A stretch of 64,000 nt of DNA from contig LSRY02000010.1 of the NCBI GenBank assembly GCA_001643675.2, forward strand, positions 1,612,001 through 1,676,000, read 5' to 3'. The stretch comes from Monocercomonoides exilis PA203 (lineage: Eukaryota > Protista > Preaxostyla). The translations under genes and the position numbers were made by a program. Below the pieces are notes generated by a model, which was not told the origin of the DNA, searched no databases, and was given only the letters and a program-made list of their open reading frames with translations. This document shows positions 52,385 through 64,000 of the stretch, piece after piece. Positions within the stretch are counted from its first letter, which is position 1; each line of letters starts with the position of its first letter.

Positions 52385-52878
52385 TCTCTCTCCTCTCTCG
52401 GTCTCGCGGCAAAGCGCGGCTCTCTCTTCTCTCTCTGCTCTCTCTCCTCTCTCGGTCTCGCGGCAAAGCGCGGCTCTCTCTTCTCTCTCTGCTCTCTCTC
52501 CTCTCTCGGTCTCGCGGCAAAGCGCGGCTCTCTCTTCTCTCTCTACTCTCTCTCCTCTCTCGGTCTCGCGGCAAAGCGCGGCTCTCTCTTCTCTCTCTGC
52601 TCTCTCTCCTCTCTCGGTCTCGCGGCAAAGCGCGGCTCTCTCTTCTCTCTCTGCTCTCTCTCCTCTCTCGGTCTCGCGGCAAAGCGCGGCTCTCTTCTCT
52701 CTCTACTCTCTCTCCTCTCTCGGTCTCGCGGCAAAGCGCGGCTCTCTCTTCTCTCTCTGCTCTCTCTCCTCTCTCGGTCTCGCGGCAAAGCGCGGCTCTC
52801 TCTTCTCTCTCTACTCTCTCTCCTCTCTCGGTCTCGCGGCAAAGCGCGGCTCTCTCTTCTCTCTCTACTCTCTCTCCC
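52385..52878. repeat. 54-bp tandem repeat x9 inside the DIRS element; one unit is 52 bp
   Basis: ggtctcgcggcaaagcgcgg recurs at 52400, 52454, 52508, 52562, 52616, 52670, 52722, 52776 and 52830. Confidence 0.95.
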
Positions 52879-52888
52879 TTCCGCTTCT

Positions 52889-54130
52889 CTACTCCTGCGA
52901 CCACTTGTTGGCTCCCATTGGTGATTCCATCGCTGTCCCTCCTTGAGTCCTTGGGGGAGCTGGGGGCAATGGTCCGATGATAGGGGCTGGCCTCCCTGAG
53001 ATTGTTGGACCAAACTGTGCTTGGAACTGGGCTGTTCTTTTCTTTCCTTTGAAGTCTGCGAAGCTCCTGCCGTAACCTCTTCTCTGGAGCTGTCTGTATA
53101 CAAAACCCTGGGTGCTCCTTCCCGAACTGTATCTTCTCGGGGGTCCACCTCTGGCTGTTGTGGGACCGAATCCTGTTGTGGAGTCGGGAGATGCACCGTA
53201 TCCTGCTGCATCTCCCTCTGCTTGAAAAAAGCTGGTGCTCTCCACCAGTTTTCTGAGGTTCTCCGGCACTTCTTTCGACATTCCCCCTTCTAAAAAGCCT
53301 TTTGCGCTTTCCCAACCCGATTGAGGAATAACTTTCAATAAGTTTATTCTGCTGATGCAGTCGGCGATAAGCGCGTAGGCGCAAAACAATCCTCTCAGTC
53401 GTTCTTTCTCCTCTTCCATGAGGTGCGTTCTCTCCAATTCCTTCGCCGTGAGGGCTGCGATCGCTTTTGCTGCTTCAAAGCCCGATTCCAGAGCCGGCTG
53501 GAGAAGTTCAATTGCTCGGCTAGCTTCAGGCGAGTCTCTTCTCCCCTTCGTTGAAATAGCTGTCCTTGCTAGCGCGTTCCAGCTTGTGTCTGTGTGTCCC
53601 GTGAAAAATACCTTCTCGCTTTCCGGAATAAACGTATTCAGTATGTCCTCATTCATTCTTAACGAGCCAGCTTTGCAAAACTCAATGAACTTCCTCAACT
53701 CGCTCGCTTGTCTCCGGGGAGTCAGCCACTCCCTGGGAAAAATTCTTGTAAAGTCTTCTGTTCCTTCTTTATCTTCCAGCGCTCCCAGTACCTCCGAATC
53801 CCAGTCGCTATCCTCTTCATATTCCCGTCTCCTGGTGCGACTAACTGAACGACGCGATCTCTCATGCTTTCCCTGTTTCCGCTTCGCGATCAGATCACCA
53901 GAATCTACATCAGATTCCGACTCGCTTGATCTCGATCTGCTTCTTCTCCTAGCTCGTTCCCTCTTCACTTTCCTCGTTGGCAAAAACTCCGTAGCTCCCG
54001 ACTGCCTTGCAATTGTCTGGCTTCTAGAAATTTCTTCGATCATGTCTTCTACCCTTGAAAGCCTGTGCATAACATCAAAACTTCTGTCTTCGCCGTCGCT
54101 ATTGTGTACTCTAACAGTATCTTGTGTCAT
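52889..54130 (-). CDS. DIRS ORF1, gag-like, 413 aa
   Basis: First ORF after the 5' ITR, with an RS-rich N-terminus, helical core and R/G-rich tail. Assigned by position. Confidence 0.75.
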   Translation of the reverse strand: MTQDTVRVHNSDGEDRSFDVMHRLSRVEDMIEEISRSQTIARQSGATEFLPTRKVKRERARRRSRSRSSESESDVDSGDLIAKRKQGKHERSRRSVSRTRRREYEEDSDWDSEVLGALEDKEGTEDFTRIFPREWLTPRRQASELRKFIEFCKAGSLRMNEDILNTFIPESEKVFFTGHTDTSWNALARTAISTKGRRDSPEASRAIELLQPALESGFEAAKAIAALTAKELERTHLMEEEKERLRGLFCAYALIADCISRINLLKVIPQSGWESAKGFLEGGMSKEVPENLRKLVESTSFFQAEGDAAGYGASPDSTTGFGPTTARGGPPRRYSSGRSTQGFVYRQLQRRGYGRSFADFKGKKRTAQFQAQFGPTISGRPAPIIGPLPPAPPRTQGGTAMESPMGANKWSQE

Positions 54131-54779
54131 TTTAAAATGCGGACAATGGTGTGTAAAAGAGTTAACTTGTTGGCGAAGTTTGATCTAAAACCACCCATTA
54201 TTTATAAATACTCATTATCGAAGGAGCAAACCTGCTCCTTGCGTTTGCAGATTCGCTCCATTGCGAATTGCACATCATTATTCAAATTGCACAATGGAAA
54301 GAATCTCATTCAAATGGAAATAGAAAGAAGCTTCGAAAATTTGGAGATATTCGGAATTCAATTATTATTCTGGAAATAAGAAAAAGAAAAAGATACTTCA
54401 AAAGATTTTGAAGAAGAAAGATGAATTAATAATGAAAACAAAAGGAAAAAATGAAGAATAACTATTTGTGAGGTTATTATTTGTGTGCCTTTTTTGCTGT
54501 TTCATTGTTGATTTATTTTCTTCGCTTCTATCTCAAAAATCTCTTCTCATTCGCCTTTTTCCATCATCTCCTCTTTTCCTCTTTCCAATCCAACTTCTTC
54601 TCCTTCATCTCCTCTTTTAGCTTTTTTCTCTTCCAACATCTTCTCTTTCTTCTTCTTCTCCATCCATCCTATTTCTTTCTCCTTCTTCTCTTTCCTCAAA
54701 CACCTTTATCACATCCGAGAAGTCACGTTGTTTAGCCCCAATTTTTTGTTTCTATCTCGGAAGATGCAGCAAATGTGCT

Positions 54780-57300
54780 CCTTCAAATTCAAAACTACCT
54801 CCTAAACATGCAATTGATTCATCAATCACAGAAGCAACAACAACAGTTCCATCATGAAATACAAACCTCTTCCTGAAGCATTTTCCTTAAACAGCACCAC
54901 TCCCGGGACAAACATGCAATCACATCCTTCTGCAGTTTCTTCCACATAAACACTAATTCTATCAATGTCATCTGCATTCCATTCACAATATGCACAACAA
55001 ATTGCGAGCCCACCTATTTTCAGTCCATTGTCAAATCACAAAAAGTCTTTGCCAGTGAGCGAAACAAATTCGCAAGTGACAGAACAAAATTCATTCGTTT
55101 ATGATTCTCAGTTGCATCCGCAGAAAAACATTTGACAACAGCAGGAACAGCAACTGAAGTCAAATACCGAAGCAACACGACAATACACACAAATTTCTCC
55201 TCATATGACTTCCCCTAAAAACAGCAGTATTTTTGCATCCTCAGCTCCGTCAGTTTCTGCCTCTTCGCTTTCTCAAGCTTTATCGCACGTTACAACTATT
55301 TCAAATGTTGTAACGTCTTTCACTTCACATGATGTACTTATCACTTTGCAAACGTCTTCGATTTCACCTTCAGCTGCTCCAGTTAACTTCGATTCGAGGC
55401 ATCTTCGGATGAAGGACACAGTTGCCATTGGGTAGAAAGTGGTATCGAAGCGGCTGCGGGACCTGTGGCAGTGGGCGATTCAGAATGTGCTGAAAGTCGT
55501 GAGGAAGAACCGGGAGAGCTGGAACTTGCAGCACATCAACCAGAAGTGGAGGTGCGACAGACTGCGATATATGATGGAGAGGGTGCAGTATATGCGAGCG
55601 ATGGATCAGCAGACGCAGGGGTGAGTACATGAAAAGCAAAGTGAAAAAATCCTTTGCAGAGATCAAAGGTGTCGTGATGAACGAGCACTTCAGAAGGAAC
55701 AAGAGGACTTTAAAGAGAATGAGGAATAATTTTCCGGAGGAAGGTGCAAAAGATAATGCTTTGTTTTCAAGACTGATTGAAGAAGACGACAATAAGAAGA
55801 AAAAAGGAAAACAGAAGCGAAAGAAGCACAAATTGATGACTCAAAAGACTAATTGAAAGCAAAACAACAGGGAATAAAATCAGTTTGCAGAAAAGCGAGT
55901 GAATAAAAGAGTTCAGATGGCTGAGAGAGAAAGGGAGATTCAGATACAGCGAGATAAAGAATAGGAGAAGTGGAGAGAAGCAGCAATGGAAGCGAAGTGG
56001 AAGCTGCTGGAGATTGAAGAGCGATAGAGACAGAGAAGAATTGAGCTGGAAAATGAAGGGAAAGAAAAAAATTCCATTGAGAAGATTTTGAGGGACGAGC
56101 AGAAAAGAATTGCAGATCATGATAAGCAGAAGTTGAAAAAGGAGGAGAAGATGCTTGATGAGAAACGAAAACAATATCAGACTGAACAAAACAGAATCCT
56201 ATCTGAACAGAAAGAAGAAGAAGTGCAAAGGCTGCAAAACGAGAAGAAGTCTGCGGAGATTCGCTTCAAGTTGATGAAAGAGGCTGCAGCTGAATGAGGA
56301 GCAGCTGGAGGCGCTGGGGATAACAGCAGCGTTGCTGAAGATGATAGCAGAGATTGATGCAGAAAACAAGTTTGTGTTCGGGCAGTACTTTTGAGTGCTG
56401 GTGGATGTGCAGAAGGTAGTGGAAGGCGAAATGCGGAAGAAGAAGAAGGGAGAAGGAGATAGAAATTGAGAGAAAGGGGAAGAAAAAGAGAAAGCGAACT
56501 GATATAAACTGAGAAGAAAAACAAAAAATATTCTGAAAGTTCAATGAAACTTCTTCAAAGAGTGAATTTTCTGAAACTCCAACTTTGCTTCAATCTCATT
56601 TTGATTTTCATTCAACTCTTCATTGGATAGCAGTCCCTTCTGTCACACACGATGTTCCTATTCTTCATTTCATATCGAAAAATACAAAACGAATAAAAAT
56701 TTAAAAAATAATCGGCAAATAATGTACATCTCTCCATCACCAGCAACTGTGTTTCATCGCTTAACATTCATTCATCCTTCATATTTTCCTCCTCAATTTC
56801 CTGTGTCTATTTCCAGCTTCTAAGGTTTCGCTTCCAAAAAATTCTGCTGTCTTAGCACAAAACTATCTGCAATTGTCATTCCCGTCTTCCTCATTCGCTC
56901 TGTCTGCTTCTCTTTCGTCTTTTTCTTCTTTTTCAATTGCTCCTTAAATATTCCATAAAGCTCTTTCTGGAGCAACGTCTTCGAAAAGCACATCATCATC
57001 ATCAAATCCACTTTTGACTCAACAACAGCAACAACAGCATCTTCAACCAACGGCTGTGTTCCAATCCCTTCCTTTTGATTCTCAGCCTCTCCTTCTGCTG
57101 AAAGATATTCTGAGTTTGATAGAAGCCATATGATGGGGATGAATGCAGAAAAGTGCATCATGTTCCACTTTGAACGACTCATCCCGTCTATTTCTGTTGT
57201 TGCAAACGACAGCACTGACAAAGTTTGTGAGAAGGAGTGGATGAAGAACAACAGAAAGATGTTCAGTGCAGTTTCTGATCTTCTTCTTCTTCTTCTTCTT
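54780..57300. pseudogene. Pseudogene debris: coiled-coil gene fragments on + (~55.4-56.5 kb) and a fragment on - (~56.8-57.3 kb)
   Basis: Coding-like composition with repeated in-frame stops and frameshifts. Confidence 0.5.
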
Positions 57301-58924
57301 CACATTAAAGAAAGACTTTTTTTAATCAATTTTTGTTTCAGCTCATTAAAGTCCAATTGCATTTGTTACGCACAAATTCTATTTTGTTGAAGGCAAATGG
57401 CAACTGTCAATTGGCAGCGTCAATGGTGGTTCATGTAAAGACGCACAAATAATAAAGCATACAATTGAAAATGAAAACAAACAACAAAACTTCAATTTTC
57501 TTTATTTTTTATTTTTCTTCAATCAAAACTGAAGCTGGATATTTTCATAAATCAAACAATTGTTTGAGTATTTCATTTTTTATTTTAAAAGTGTTTGATT
57601 GCAACATTTGGTTGTGACAGTTTTATCTTCCAAAGTATTAAAATTAGTTTTGTTTTTAATAATTCTTGTTTTGGCTTTTTCCTTTCATAATTGAAGTTTC
57701 AAAAAACAGTATTCTCAAAACAGGTTCAATATATTTTTTTGTTCACACAAAAACGTATTTTTATCGAATTTTCAAGTCAGAATGAAATTTAGATGCAAGC
57801 AGAAAATTACTGGAAATATTATATTCATTTTGAATTCAAAATTCTCATTTAAAAAAAAAGTCCCTTTTGTTTTATTTTTGGGAGAAAATCAATATGGAAT
57901 ATTTTCATCATGTTTTCATTCCTACACACATAATTTCACCAGAATGGAAATAAATGCTTCAAAATATTTTTTTTCATCCCACTGAAATTATGCATGTTGG
58001 AATGAAATTTTGAAAAAGAATTTCAGTTATAATTTTTTCCTGAAAATTAAACAAAACGAACTAATTAATATGAATTAGACACATTTAAATCTTTGTTTCA
58101 TTTGTCGATCAATTATTCAGAATTCTTTTTCATTTTCAATTATGAAGGAACTTTTCTTTGTCTCATATTTTGTTGAAAATTTTTAATAAATCACCAAAAA
58201 TACTCATCTTTTTTTTTTTAAATCAAGATAAAAAATACATTTTCCAAAGTTTGTTTATGAAATTTAGTGGTAAAATTACAAACGGGATTAATGATTTTCA
58301 AAAAGAATTTTTGGATATCAGATTCATCACTAACAGCCGAACTTGCAAGTTTTTCCTTGTTGAGATTTCAAATTGAAAGCCATAAAGAAATAACAATTTT
58401 TGAATTCACTGTGAAATTCAATTGATTGGTTGAAAAAATACGTTTCAAACACCAAATAAAAATTTTTTAACTTTTTTAAAAAATAAACATTTTAGATTAT
58501 TCAATAAAAACTTTCAGTATTGAACATTCATTTCAAAATCAATAAGTGTAATTCTTTTTGAAAGGGAATTAATTTCAGAAAAATATTTTTACATCATCAG
58601 TTCAATTGATAATAAATTAATTGGGCAAAATATTTCTCTTCAGGCATTTTCATAAAAAAGTGATGCACTTTTTATTGACTTTTTGAAAACAAAAAACACA
58701 ATTATAATGGGTCCATTTATTGACATTCGTGAAATGTCACAACAGTTCATTTTTTTATTTCAACGATAACTGTTTTCGGTTGTGAAAATCAGATTTATTT
58801 CAAAATCTGATAAACTTTAATAATGTTATGAGTGAAGAAATCTTTCTCCGCCTTGTGCAAAAAATGCTTGAAAGACCGTCTTTCCCACCAAATGAAATTG
58901 TTTGCTTGTGGCTTGACAAATAGT

Positions 58925-58985
<61 letters not shown>

Positions 58986-59507
58986 ACTCCTTTCGTAAAT
59001 TTTTAAGCAAAATATTTTTTAGAAAATATTATTTTATGAACTACATAGACTTAATTGCTTTGTTTGTTTTAATTTGGTTGCATTCGCAAACAAACATTTC
59101 TTATATGAAATGATTGTTGAAAGATGATTGAAATCAAATGATCTATATTCAATAAATGAATTTGGATTCGTAGAATATAAATAACAAAAAGTTCTTTTAT
59201 TCATTTAAAGTCGTATCAATTTGAAATTTCATGAAGAAGAAAAGGTTGAAAAAGAAGTATCATTTTGAGGAAAATTTGATTATTTAATTTCATATTATCT
59301 ACCTTTATAACATTCCCTAACGTCTTTACAATCGCCATATCATCTCATCCACAAATAATGCATCCATTTCTTCATTTTCCTTCTACTCATTCATCAGACG
59401 TATCTCTATCCTTTCCATCCGTTTTGCTCGCTTCAGCTTTTCATCAATGCAACCAATTTCTATCTGTTACTGAATCCAAAGCATCTGATTCACTACCCAA
59501 TTTTCGT

Positions 59508-59543
<36 letters not shown>

Positions 59544-60721
59544 TCCGTTTTCTACTGGTATAGTAGTTGAAATGGTTAAACAAGAAGTAGTTTCGAAGTT
59601 GATCAACTGATTTGTTGGTAAGCATCATTTATTTTGCAACCTTTTTTTCACAGCATACTTTCAGCTTTCGATGTTGTAAATTGTTTTCTTTGTCAAATTT
59701 TTCTATTTTTTTTATCTTTCATTTATCTTTATGCTGTCAAAGCCAATAAATATTCCTCTGCACTCATCGCTTTCCATTCTTTTCGAATTAAACCACCAAA
59801 TCCTTCTTGAAATATGTTTCCATCTCCAATTCCAACAAATTCTGAGTATAATAATTAAATAGCTCTTACTCTAATAGTTGTTAATTGGAAAGCAAATTCA
59901 TACTTCTCGTATTTCAGCTCTACAAAGCAAAAATTGACCATGAAAATAATCTGTAAGATTCATAGATTTTGAAAAAGATATAAATAGAAATATCAATAAA
60001 TTGAAAAAAAAAATAAACAAAATTCAAACACTTTCTTATTCAAATTCTGGATTTCTTTAAATGTATTTCCTTCATAGATGATTTTGTAAAAATAACACCA
60101 CAAAATTCAAAAATAAAACCTCTACCGATCACATTTTGCGATGCTAAAGAAAATAATTTAAACATTTATGAAATAAATTATCACAAGCAATCTATCATTT
60201 CCCCATCAATCAATAAAAAAACCATTTCAAGTCTTTTAAAAATTTATTTTTCAATGATCAACGAACAAATCTTTGAAAAAATTATAGTACTTTGTACAAG
60301 ATATTCAGAATCATCGTAATCAACTCATTAGCAAATAAAATATTAATAACCACATTTTCAAACCTGAAAAACACATGGATCCATTGCTTCAAGTGAATTT
60401 TATAGAATAATAAGGAATTTATTGCATTATGACAGAGAAGATCGAATAAAAAAATATCACTCGAATGGATAATCACGTTTCATATTTCTTCTAAAAGAAA
60501 TCAAATAGATTATAAAAAAAAGATCTTTTATTAAAAAATGGGCTTTTATTAATGCTTCATCAAAAATAGATTCACTGATTAAAAATTAATTTCGTTTTCA
60601 CAAACTTTATCATTTCTCCTCGTTGGTTGTTTGGTCCATAATTAAGTCGTTTTTTTCTGTGATCAAACATTTTTGTTTCTGTAAATCCTCTTGAGCAACA
60701 ATTAGCAATTATATAAACCAT

Positions 60722-62377
60722 ATGTTTAGCAAAAAGGAAAATAAAATATTTGCAACGAATCCAAAGAACGACGACAATGGAATTACAGAGGCAATGCGTT
60801 GGATCTTGGAGAAAAAAACAGAGCCACCAGAATGGATGAGACATAATGTTTCATTTGCCGATAAGAATGGAAGAACAATGGCCATGTTGTGGATTCAGTT
60901 TGTTCAAACAGAACCACCAGTGTGGATGAGGCACGATGTTACACTTGCTGATAAAAAAGGAAACACAATGGCAATGATATGGATATTATCTGTCAAGACA
61001 GAACCACCAGAATGGATGAGGCACGACATTACGCTTGGTGATAAGGATGGAAACACAATGGCCATGTTATGGATTGAAAATGTGAAGACGGAACCACCAG
61101 AATGGATGAGGCATGATGTTTCTCTTACTGATGACAATGGAAGAACAATGGCTATGCATTGGATTAGAAATGTCAAGACTGAACCGCCAGAATGGATGAG
61201 GCACGAAAAAATAATTGAAGATAAGGAAGGAAATTCAATGGCAATGCTGTGGATTGAGCATGTGAAGACGGAACCACCAGAATGGATGAGGCATGATGTT
61301 TCTCTTACTGATGACAATGGAAGAACAATGGCTATGCACTGGATAAGAATTGTGAAGACAGAACCACCAGAATGGATGAGACACGATATAACACTTACAG
61401 ATAAAGAAGGAATGACAATGGCAATGCTGTGGATTGAGCATGTGAAGACAGAACCACCAATGTGGATGAGACACAATATAACACTTGCAGATAAAGAAGG
61501 AAGAACAATGGCCATGCATTGGATTGAACACGTTAAAAAAGACCCACCAGAATGGATGACTTCTGAAAGTGCAGCAGCTGATAGAGATGGAAGAACAATG
61601 GCCATGTTGTGGATTTTGTTTGTAAAGACAGAGCCTCCAGAACAGATGAGACATAATATCACGCTTGCCGATAGAAGAGGAATGACAATGGCCATGTGGT
61701 GGATAAGAATTGTGAAGACAGAACCACCAGAATGGATGAGACACGATATAACACTTACAGATAAAGAAGGAAGAACAATGGCAATGCTGTGGATTGAGCA
61801 TGTGAAGACGGAACCACCAGAATGGATGAGACACGGTGTTTCTCTTGCTGACAAGGACGGTAAAACAATGGCGATGCACTGGATACAGCATGTCCAGTCA
61901 GAACCTCCTCAGTGGATGAGACACGATATTAAGCTTAGAACCAATGACGGATGGACAATGGCCATGTTGTGGATAAGAAACATCAAAACAGAGCCACCAG
62001 AATGGATGAGGCATGATATTGAATTTGGCAACAGTTACGGATTGACCATGGCCATGCTTTGGATAGCGAATGTTGAGGCAGAACCACCAGAATTGATGAG
62101 ACATGACAGCATGATTGCTGACAAGGATGGAAATACGATGGCCATGTATTGGATTATTTGCAAGAAAACTGACCCACCAGAATGGATGAGACATGATATT
62201 GAATTTGCCGATAAGAATGGAAGAACGATGGCTATGCACTGGATAAGAATTGTGAAGACAGAACCACCAATGTGGATGAGACACGAAAAAATAATTAAAG
62301 ATAAGGAAGGAAATACAATGGCCGATTATTGGAGAAAGCACGTTGGAACTGAACCGCCAGAGTGGATGAAAAATTGA
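60722..62377 (+). CDS. Intronless tandem-repeat protein: ~18 x 30-aa Met/Trp-rich ankyrin-like repeats
   Basis: Consensus TEPPEWMRHDITLxDKxGxTMAMxWIxxVK in exact 90-nt units. DKxGxT resembles the ankyrin DxxGxTPLH turn. Confidence 0.88.
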   Translation: MFSKKENKIFATNPKNDDNGITEAMRWILEKKTEPPEWMRHNVSFADKNGRTMAMLWIQFVQTEPPVWMRHDVTLADKKGNTMAMIWILSVKTEPPEWMRHDITLGDKDGNTMAMLWIENVKTEPPEWMRHDVSLTDDNGRTMAMHWIRNVKTEPPEWMRHEKIIEDKEGNSMAMLWIEHVKTEPPEWMRHDVSLTDDNGRTMAMHWIRIVKTEPPEWMRHDITLTDKEGMTMAMLWIEHVKTEPPMWMRHNITLADKEGRTMAMHWIEHVKKDPPEWMTSESAAADRDGRTMAMLWILFVKTEPPEQMRHNITLADRRGMTMAMWWIRIVKTEPPEWMRHDITLTDKEGRTMAMLWIEHVKTEPPEWMRHGVSLADKDGKTMAMHWIQHVQSEPPQWMRHDIKLRTNDGWTMAMLWIRNIKTEPPEWMRHDIEFGNSYGLTMAMLWIANVEAEPPELMRHDSMIADKDGNTMAMYWIICKKTDPPEWMRHDIEFADKNGRTMAMHWIRIVKTEPPMWMRHEKIIKDKEGNTMADYWRKHVGTEPPEWMKN

Positions 62378-63213
62378 TTTTTTCATTCAAACATTTGTGA
62401 GAGGATGCAGAAAGCTTTATCTATATTTCATTTCAATAAGCAGGTATGCGATTAACAAGGTGACAACCACAAGATTAAACAAAAATCAAAACTTTTGGAA
62501 GACTTTCTTCTTTGTGGATATTTTTGCCCTTCGTTTTCAATTGTTTTTAATATCAAATTCAAATGAGATGATGCATTCCTTTCTATATTTTACAAAAATA
62601 AAATGAAATAAAAATGAAAACAAAAAAAAATTTTTTTTAATAATAATTTTCCATGGAAAAATAAGGAAAAACATGAGAATAATCCACATTCAAAAAAATT
62701 CATCATTTCATAATTAATTACTCATTTCATCATGAATCAAAAATATGGATCATATAATCTTTTACAAAAAGAATGGTGCCATTTTTGGTTGATTTGTTAT
62801 AAAGATTTATTTGATGAAAAAAAAAAGGTCTTCTTTCGCTTCTCCTTTAATTTCAAGTCCAATTGAAATTAGCGTTAAATACTCATAGAGTTTCAAATTT
62901 CTTAAGAATAATTTCGGTTTCTTTTTTAGCCAAGCAAAAATAAGCATAAACTTGAAACGAGAAGGTCATCACATAATAATTTGCATCACAATTTTTCTGA
63001 AAATTCAATTTTTTTTTTCAAAGTTTCTTTGACCTCATTTGTTATAAATTGTTTCTTTCATTTCAATTTCATCTAAAATTTAAAAATCATAGCAAGAGAA
63101 AACACCAGTTTTGTTTTATTGATTTACAAATAAAAGAAAAATTTATACATTTTGACAGTTTTTGCGAAAAATAAAAACATTTTTCTTTTTTCAGAAAAAG
63201 TGAAATAAATTTA

Positions 63214-64000
63214 TTAGAATAATTGATCCCCTTCGTCTGCTTCATCACTTTCAAAATTCACCATTTCAGCTTGAATATCATCGTCTTCCACCTCATAATT
63301 GTTTTGTTCATCCTCCGATATAAGCTCATGTTCTTCCATTTTTTCGTTATTTTCGATGAAATTCTGTTCACTTTTGTCTGCCTGGTCAGCTGCATTATCT
63401 TCCTTTTCATTATTATCATTTGCTTCTTCTCCATTCTCATCAAAAACAAGTTCGCCATAATCAGCTTCATAAGTATCGTCATTGTCAAAGTGCATTGCAT
63501 CGTCTTGGTTTTCAAACTGATTGCCATTTGCTTCGTCTGCTTCACCAACTTCTTCAGCTTCTCCAGTTTCTCCAGCAATTCCATACTCATCAGCTGTGTC
63601 TTTCATTTCAAAATTATCTTCTGCGGCTACATTTTCATCGACTTCAATTTTGAATTCTTGCGCTTCACCTGAAGTAGATTCCATTCCTAAATTTTCCTCT
63701 TTCTCAAACTTTGCATTTTCATCTTCGATTTCTGCGGATTGAGCTTCATTGCTTGTGCCCTCTTCATCTGCAACTTCATTTTCTGCTTCATGTTCAGAAT
63801 ATTGCTCATTTCCCTCTAATTTTTCATCGTCCTCTGCAACTTCCGCTTCTTTTTCAGATGGCTCTTCAAAAGGCTCAGAATATTCGTTATTCCCTTCGTC
63901 TTCTTCGTTTTCATTGTCAGCTTGAACTTTGTCGTCGGTTTCATCTTCTTTTTCTTCCTGATCAAATCCTTCTTCTTCGTATTCTTCTTCTTTTTCTTCT
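63214..64000 (-). CDS. 3' end of a very acidic low-complexity protein; the gene continues beyond the window
   Basis: The E/D/N-rich frame appears open to the window edge and ends at TAA 63214-63216. Confidence 0.7.
   Translation of the reverse strand, partial: EEKEEEYEEEGFDQEEKEDETDDKVQADNENEEDEGNNEYSEPFEEPSEKEAEVAEDDEKLEGNEQYSEHEAENEVADEEGTSNEAQSAEIEDENAKFEKEENLGMESTSGEAQEFKIEVDENVAAEDNFEMKDTADEYGIAGETGEAEEVGEADEANGNQFENQDDAMHFDNDDTYEADYGELVFDENGEEANDNNEKEDNAADQADKSEQNFIENNEKMEEHELISEDEQNNYEVEDDDIQAEMVNFESDEADEGDQLF

Larger units (their letters stand above)
47775..54270 (-). mobile_element. Full-length DIRS-1-type tyrosine-recombinase retrotransposon, 6496 bp
   Basis: Inverted terminal repeats (~47795-47857 vs ~54172-54234) with non-identical outer edges. 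ICR at 48433-48530 is complementary to both outer ends. TTG at both termini. Gag-like, RT/RNase H and YR ORFs present. Confidence 0.95.

Noticed and set aside
52385-52878. CRISPR-like appearance of the regularly spaced repeat
   Set aside because: The intervening sequences are near-identical (CT)-rich units, not unique spacers; no cas genes; eukaryotic context
59740-59830. Minus-strand FGGLIRKEWKAMSAEE, HMG-box-like
   Set aside because: Too short and surrounded by stops to support a gene call
60904-62386. Long antisense ORFs over the repeat gene, and many short antisense ORFs over low-complexity genes
   Set aside because: Shadow frames caused by repeat periodicity and codon bias

Overview
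AT-rich, intron-rich eukaryotic (protist) genomic DNA in the standard genetic code. Low-complexity Ser/Glu tracts, short GT-AG introns and a flagellar gene suggest a metamonad such as an oxymonad (Monocercomonoides-like); this is inference only. Bases 1-12.7 kb are a transposon island: a decayed DIRS-type retroelement, two foldback MITEs, and a 9.27-kb hAT transposon with ~5 kb of cargo. The hAT inserted into a telomere-like GTTTAGGG motif inside a 252-bp GG-terminal MITE, and both elements keep 8-bp TSDs. Bases 13-46 kb hold host genes: a bacterial-type SF2 helicase, a 4449-aa low-complexity ORF, WDR1/AIP1, CFAP20, WDR74/NSA1, a SUN-domain protein, MYCBP, a hypothetical protein and cornichon. 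At 46.3-46.7 kb a second GG-terminal MITE carries TTAGGG motifs and a tRNA-like Pol III unit. At 47.8-54.3 kb is a full-length DIRS-1-type tyrosine-recombinase retrotransposon (ITRs plus ICR) with two frameshifts. The rest is pseudogene debris, an intronless gene of ~18 exact 30-aa Met/Trp-rich ankyrin-like repeats, and a truncated acidic ORF. All calls were made by eye; exon boundaries are approximate.
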